Shown: piece after piece, positions 60,301 to 64,000 of the stretch
Layout of the letters: each line of letters begins with the position of its first letter
How positions within the stretch are numbered: position 1 is the first letter of the stretch
NCBI GenBank assembly: GCA_018400295.1
Contig: JAGYMZ010000012.1
Location: 1,129-65,128, forward strand
Origin: Bacteroidales bacterium
GTDB lineage: Bacteria; Bacteroidota; Bacteroidia; Bacteroidales; B18-G4
Direction of reading: 5' to 3'
Length of the DNA: 64,000 nucleotides
Made by a program: the position numbers and the translations under genes
The notes under the pieces: model-generated
Seen by the model: only the letters and a program-made list of their open reading frames with translations
Told to the model about the DNA's origin: nothing
The model's database searches: none

Positions 60301-61370
60301 TCATTTTGAGCGGAAAACCGTCCGTAGAAGATCTCGGGAAGGAGGTCCCCGGTAAATTCACAGTAATTTCTGTCCGTTACACCATTTCCGTTATCATAGG
60401 AAGGGATTTGTTCAATATCTCCGGCAAAGACGACAAAAGAGGGTGCCGGGTCTTCCGGTGTGCCGGCATCATACAGGGATTGAATATATGCTTTGATCGA
60501 GGCGAGACTGCTTCCAACGTTTTGTTCATCCGTATATGCTTCAACAACGGTGAACCCTTTTTGCTTTTTCCATTCGATCAGGGGTTGTAGCTGCGTTTCA
60601 AACATGCGGTCGGCGATAATCACGTATTTAACGGGATACCGGGTAAAGTTTTCCCGGTTTGAGAGGGGCTTATAATTCAGCAGCAGGTTGTTAAGCGGTT
60701 CGAAATAGATGGAGGCCAGACGTTTCTTTAGATCCAGGGTTGCCTGTGTATCTGCATTTTCGAATAGAATTTCAAACCTGATGTTGTCGTATACCATTAG
60801 CTGGTGTGTAACGGGATTGTACCGGACCGGAGCGATATTCAGCCGTGCAATTCTTGTGCTGCGCATAAATCCAATAACGTCAACCGAAACGAGTTCTTCC
60901 TGAAAGTACCTGTCGGTTTGGTAAGCCGTTTCATCATAGATAAAATCATGCTGGTCATCACTTTTAGACCTGGGAGGTTGAAGAGGGTACAGCGGGTGCC
61001 GGATATCCAGCACAGAGAGGTCGATTATGGTATGCGATGCTGATGTGATCTTTACGACCGGTTCCGCTCCTACGGGAATTTCGATCAGTTCACGTTTGAC
61101 CGGCAGTTCTGGTTTGCCGGGTTCCAGGCTTCTGGCATATCCCGGTATGGAGATCCTGGTGAACTTTCCCTGTTCGGTTTGGATTTCGTGATTCCTGACC
61201 GTACCGGTGGTTATCATACCGCCCAGTCTTTGATAAGTATTATCCGTCAATTCCAATACATTTTCCATGGCAGGATTGACAAGGATGTCCTGTGGAAATG
61301 AAGCATGTGGAATAAGAAATGAAAATATGGCGGCGATCAGGCCTAAGCCTTTAAATATGTTGCGATGCAT
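57381..61370 (-). CDS. C25 family cysteine peptidase, Lys-gingipain (Kgp)-like, T9SS-secreted
   Basis: GKPELP propeptide; GRFSA, YEKY, NYTAHC, GNCC, YWDEDYY, YNLMGDP; YPNP CTD. Confidence 0.9.
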   Translation of the reverse strand: MHRNIFKGLGLIAAIFSFLIPHASFPQDILVNPAMENVLELTDNTYQRLGGMITTGTVRNHEIQTEQGKFTRISIPGYARSLEPGKPELPVKRELIEIPVGAEPVVKITSASHTIIDLSVLDIRHPLYPLQPPRSKSDDQHDFIYDETAYQTDRYFQEELVSVDVIGFMRSTRIARLNIAPVRYNPVTHQLMVYDNIRFEILFENADTQATLDLKKRLASIYFEPLNNLLLNYKPLSNRENFTRYPVKYVIIADRMFETQLQPLIEWKKQKGFTVVEAYTDEQNVGSSLASIKAYIQSLYDAGTPEDPAPSFVVFAGDIEQIPSYDNGNGVTDRNYCEFTGDLLPEIFYGRFSAQNEDQFQPYIDKTIEYEKYTMPDPSYLDEVVLVSGVDAGHGHDWGNGQINYGTTNYFNQDHGILAHDYLYPESGSSSAQIIQNISDGVTFGNYTAHCSPNGWADPSFTISDIASLENESKYGVLVGNCCSSSEYQVSECFAEALLRAENKGSVGYIGASNSTYWDEDYYYAVGVGEISEIPPPYEETTLGSYDRSFHDHGEPFEDWFVTADQMIYAGNLAVLEGSPGMADYYWDIYNLMGDPSLMVYFSEPPVIAVNYDELLPLSSTTFVVNTEPYAYVALSRDGVLHGADIADETGFLELPITPFSVPGPADVIVTKQNGEPYFGTVTVANPNGAFLVLKDFIIEDSLGNNNHHADYNELVSLTMELENLGNADATNTQVSISSADPNIILTDDYQEWGIVPGLSTASQENAFTFQVQEDIEDQHIVVFDMVMEAEGKETWTTDFSVTLNRPVLSIQEMIIDDSEFGNGNGRLDPGETADLKIKNKNTGHCITENAVATLNAYNAYVTFENTTDTIGALGLLGFKYATFTVHVHPETPNGCVLADFIYHLEAGPFQADKTFRRKLGLIYDDFETGDFEKFDWEMGGNEPWTITDVFPYEGIYSAKSGTIEDGQTSTLSLTLNVMTADSITFIKKVSSQSNQDKLKFFIDNTLKGEWSGTSAGWQYIAVPAPTGSHTYKWVYQKDGQGSAGSDCGWLDFVVMPPLMALTCYAGPDDVCCETNDYLCQGEATAWQTADWTTSGTGTFNDPSILQPLYTPSNEDIEDGSVELTLTVTGSQGDSFQDVTKITFITIPETPDKPSGPDNIDWISMPVSFYETNSVPHTTAYNWVLEPSDAGTSTGTGTTCRVVWNEEYSGFATLNVQSTNGCGDSEFSESLEITVNNPVGLHEIQDQKGMTIYPNPGRDRFTVHFTTPVREHVDLRVFTVVGSIVYEEQLAMNGQRSINLTLGSLPAGLYFIAAEGAGWKTTKKLIINK

Positions 61371-61503
61371 GGTATGTTGTTTTTTGTTGTTTCGGTTGAT
61401 CTGTGGATTAAAGCAACAAAGGCATTACCGGAAAGGATCCTGGTTCCTGATTATGGACCCCATACCGGTAAATGGCTGTTTTCTTGCTGTATGTATTTTT
61501 TAA

Positions 61504-64000
61504 TTATTTATTTATAATGATCTTTTTCGTAATCGCCACATTTTCACCTTCGAGCAGGAGGAAATACATGCCTTCTGAAAGATCTTTCAGGTTGATATCC
61601 TGATGGTGTTCTCCGCTGGATATTTCAATACTGCGGGAGTAAATTTCCATACCCACTGCATTAAATATTTTAAGATGAAGCGTCTTATCACTTTTTCCAT
61701 TGACGGCAACCTGGAAATTGCCGTTGGTTGGGTTCGGGTATGCGTGTATACCCCATTCCGAAGACATTTCTGCCAAAGACACCGTGTTATCAATTGTAAT
61801 ATCAAGGGCCTCGGAATATTCACTGGCGCCGCATATATTGAATGCTTTAACGGCTAACTGGGCAGTTCCAAGGTAAGCGTTGCTCCATTCCACCGTGGCG
61901 ATGGTACCATCCCCTGAAACGGTGCCTGCTTCTTCCGGTTCTAGCAGCCACTCATAGGATTCGGCAAATTCAACGTCTGATATGGTATATTCGGTAACCG
62001 GATTTACCAAAACATCTACATACTCCGGGCCTTCAGGTTGCGCTGGCGTTGGTGGTACATCAATGAATTCCAGGATCATTTCATCATCCACTGTACTGCC
62101 TTCGTTGTCGGTAGCCGTGATGATTAATTCAACCATGCCGGAAGCAACATCTTCCGTACTTGGTGTGTAGACCGGATCAATCAGGGTGGGATCATCAAAA
62201 GTCCCTGTGCCTGTACTGCTCCATTCAATGGTTTGCCAATCCGTTGCTTCCCCTGAACATTGGTAGGGGGTGGTGCCGCAATTAACATCATCCGGGCCGG
62301 CGTAACAGGTAAGTGCCATCAGCGGGGGCATAATGATCCAGTCGAGCCATGCGCAGTCACTGCCGGCTACTCCCTGTGCATCTTTCTGATAAACCCAGCG
62401 GAACGTTCGCCACCCGGGGTTCACGGGAAACGCTTCATTTTTCCATCCCTGCGTCGTCCCTGACCATTCGCCTTTCAACGTATTATTGATATAAAATTTC
62501 AGCTTGTCACCATTGTGGGAGGACACTTTCCTGACGAAGTAGATGCTGTCGGCTGTCATAACCTCAAGCGTGATCTTGAGTTCACTGGTTTGGCTTCCAT
62601 CTATGGCGCCTGACCTGGCACTGTATATGCCTTCATAGGGGAATACGGATGAAATGATCCAGTCTTCATCCCCGTCCATTTCCCAGTCAAATTTGCTGAA
62701 GTCCCCTGTTTCGAAATCTTCAAAAATGAGCCCAATTTTTTGTGAGAAGCTTTTTTCTTCCAGGAAACCTCCGGAGATCAATTCGTAGTCGAATTCTGCA
62801 ATAATGCTTCCGTTTGGGGCTTCCGGATCGACATGAACGGTATATTCCGAATATTTAAAGCCGATCAGACCCATGTTGCCAATGCTGTCGACCGTATTGT
62901 CGAATGTCAGGTAGTGACATTCGGTAAACAATGTACCGATGCAGTTTTCAGCAGGACAATGGCCCAGATTCCGGTTCTTTATCTTAATGACTGCCGTCTC
63001 TCCGGGATCCAGTCGACCGTTGCCATTGCCTGTCTGGCTGTCGTCTATGATCATTTCGTTGATGGCAAGGATTGGGGCGTATGCTTCTACCGGGCAAAAG
63101 CTGATCCAGGATGAGTCATTTTCATCCGTTGCAATCACATCAAACAGGATCTCATGTTCATCCGGAACATTGTCGGCTACGTGTATTGTGAATCCGCCGG
63201 GAACTGTGACCGACTGTCCTGCCGGTATGTCACCGTAGTTTTCCGTAGAATCATATATGGTTGTATATTCATCGGTGGTACGGATTATGACATCCACATT
63301 CATGGCGTCTACACCTCCCATGTTTTCCATTTCTAAAGAAAGTCCGACGGTTTCTCCAAAGTCAAGATAATTGTTATTGTTGCCTGCCGTATCAATGATG
63401 TCGTGTGATTCATATAAAACGTATGGAATATTTGCCGGAATGACCTCTATTTCGTCAAGAACGGGCAAAAAATTGAATCCCGTTATGGCCAGGTCAAGGA
63501 TCCCGGGTGCTGTCAGTTCTGGGAAAGTCAGCGTAGCACTGCCATTTTCAATAAATGCAGTGGAAAAGATCTCCCCGTCTTGTGTTAAACAAACAAGGCC
63601 TCCTTCCGCATCGGAAGTAACCGTGAATGAGCTCATCCCTATGAAAATGTTATTGCTGTATGTAGCATTCATAATTTGCGGGAAAGCTGTACGGACCATG
63701 ACCGAAGGGTCGCCAAAGCAGGTCCAGGTGTCTGTCATTTCATCTCCGGCAGATCCAAATTCATCATTCATTTTCATGCATCCGTGCATGGATAAGCCGC
63801 CAAAGGTTCTCTTGATATTATCCGGGTATGTTTCCACCAGGATATCCACCATCTCATCCTGGCCGCACATGGGCGGGTCCCAGCTTTGATTGATGGTTGA
63901 CATCAGGGTGGCAACTGCACCGGTGGGATTGCCATTATTGGTAGCCCTGAGCCATGCTTCAGCAAAACAAGTGTTGCCTACAAAATTTCCATTGACACAG
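61504..64000 (-). CDS. C25 family cysteine peptidase, Arg-gingipain (Rgp)-like, 5'-truncated by the window edge
   Basis: Frame open to the window end: CVNGNFVGNTCFAEAWLRA...GNPTGAVATLMSTINQSWDPPMCGQDEM...WTCFGDPS; shared tail; YPNPTNG CTD. Confidence 0.88.
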   Translation of the reverse strand, partial: CVNGNFVGNTCFAEAWLRATNNGNPTGAVATLMSTINQSWDPPMCGQDEMVDILVETYPDNIKRTFGGLSMHGCMKMNDEFGSAGDEMTDTWTCFGDPSVMVRTAFPQIMNATYSNNIFIGMSSFTVTSDAEGGLVCLTQDGEIFSTAFIENGSATLTFPELTAPGILDLAITGFNFLPVLDEIEVIPANIPYVLYESHDIIDTAGNNNNYLDFGETVGLSLEMENMGGVDAMNVDVIIRTTDEYTTIYDSTENYGDIPAGQSVTVPGGFTIHVADNVPDEHEILFDVIATDENDSSWISFCPVEAYAPILAINEMIIDDSQTGNGNGRLDPGETAVIKIKNRNLGHCPAENCIGTLFTECHYLTFDNTVDSIGNMGLIGFKYSEYTVHVDPEAPNGSIIAEFDYELISGGFLEEKSFSQKIGLIFEDFETGDFSKFDWEMDGDEDWIISSVFPYEGIYSARSGAIDGSQTSELKITLEVMTADSIYFVRKVSSHNGDKLKFYINNTLKGEWSGTTQGWKNEAFPVNPGWRTFRWVYQKDAQGVAGSDCAWLDWIIMPPLMALTCYAGPDDVNCGTTPYQCSGEATDWQTIEWSSTGTGTFDDPTLIDPVYTPSTEDVASGMVELIITATDNEGSTVDDEMILEFIDVPPTPAQPEGPEYVDVLVNPVTEYTISDVEFAESYEWLLEPEEAGTVSGDGTIATVEWSNAYLGTAQLAVKAFNICGASEYSEALDITIDNTVSLAEMSSEWGIHAYPNPTNGNFQVAVNGKSDKTLHLKIFNAVGMEIYSRSIEISSGEHHQDINLKDLSEGMYFLLLEGENVAITKKIIINK

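Overview
This is a 64 kb chromosomal segment from a Bacteroidota bacterium, probably an anaerobic Bacteroidales. The evidence is TAnnTTTG -7 promoter elements, T9SS C-terminal sorting domains, an atpBEFHAG cluster without atpDC, and the TPR-DUF4292-M23 cluster. It carries housekeeping genes (alr, mltF, folB, gltX, tRNA-Cys, ornithine carbamoyltransferase, ferritin, atp genes, pheS, tdk, rsmI) mixed with seven large T9SS-secreted proteins. Five of the seven are proteases: one papain-like, one subtilase, and a tandem trio of C25 gingipain homologues. The trio has an Rgp-like head, a Kgp-like head and a third divergent head, all on a shared C-terminal tail. Signals not in the ORF track: (1) a dispersed palindromic repeat built from variable numbers of the 11-bp unit CAGATGTCATC around a central CG, with three copies, two of which bracket the FMN reductase gene; (2) two arrays of four TTAA at exact 11-bp phase upstream of adjacent small secreted-protein genes (OmpR/PhoB-like boxes); (3) an unlisted 56-aa Cys-rich ORF between folB and tRNA-Cys; (4) a radical SAM gene with a premature stop and a decayed 3' end; (5) apparent CCGG enrichment. 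I saw no CRISPR array, integrase, transposase or rRNA. All family assignments come from motif recognition and recalled sequences, not database searches.
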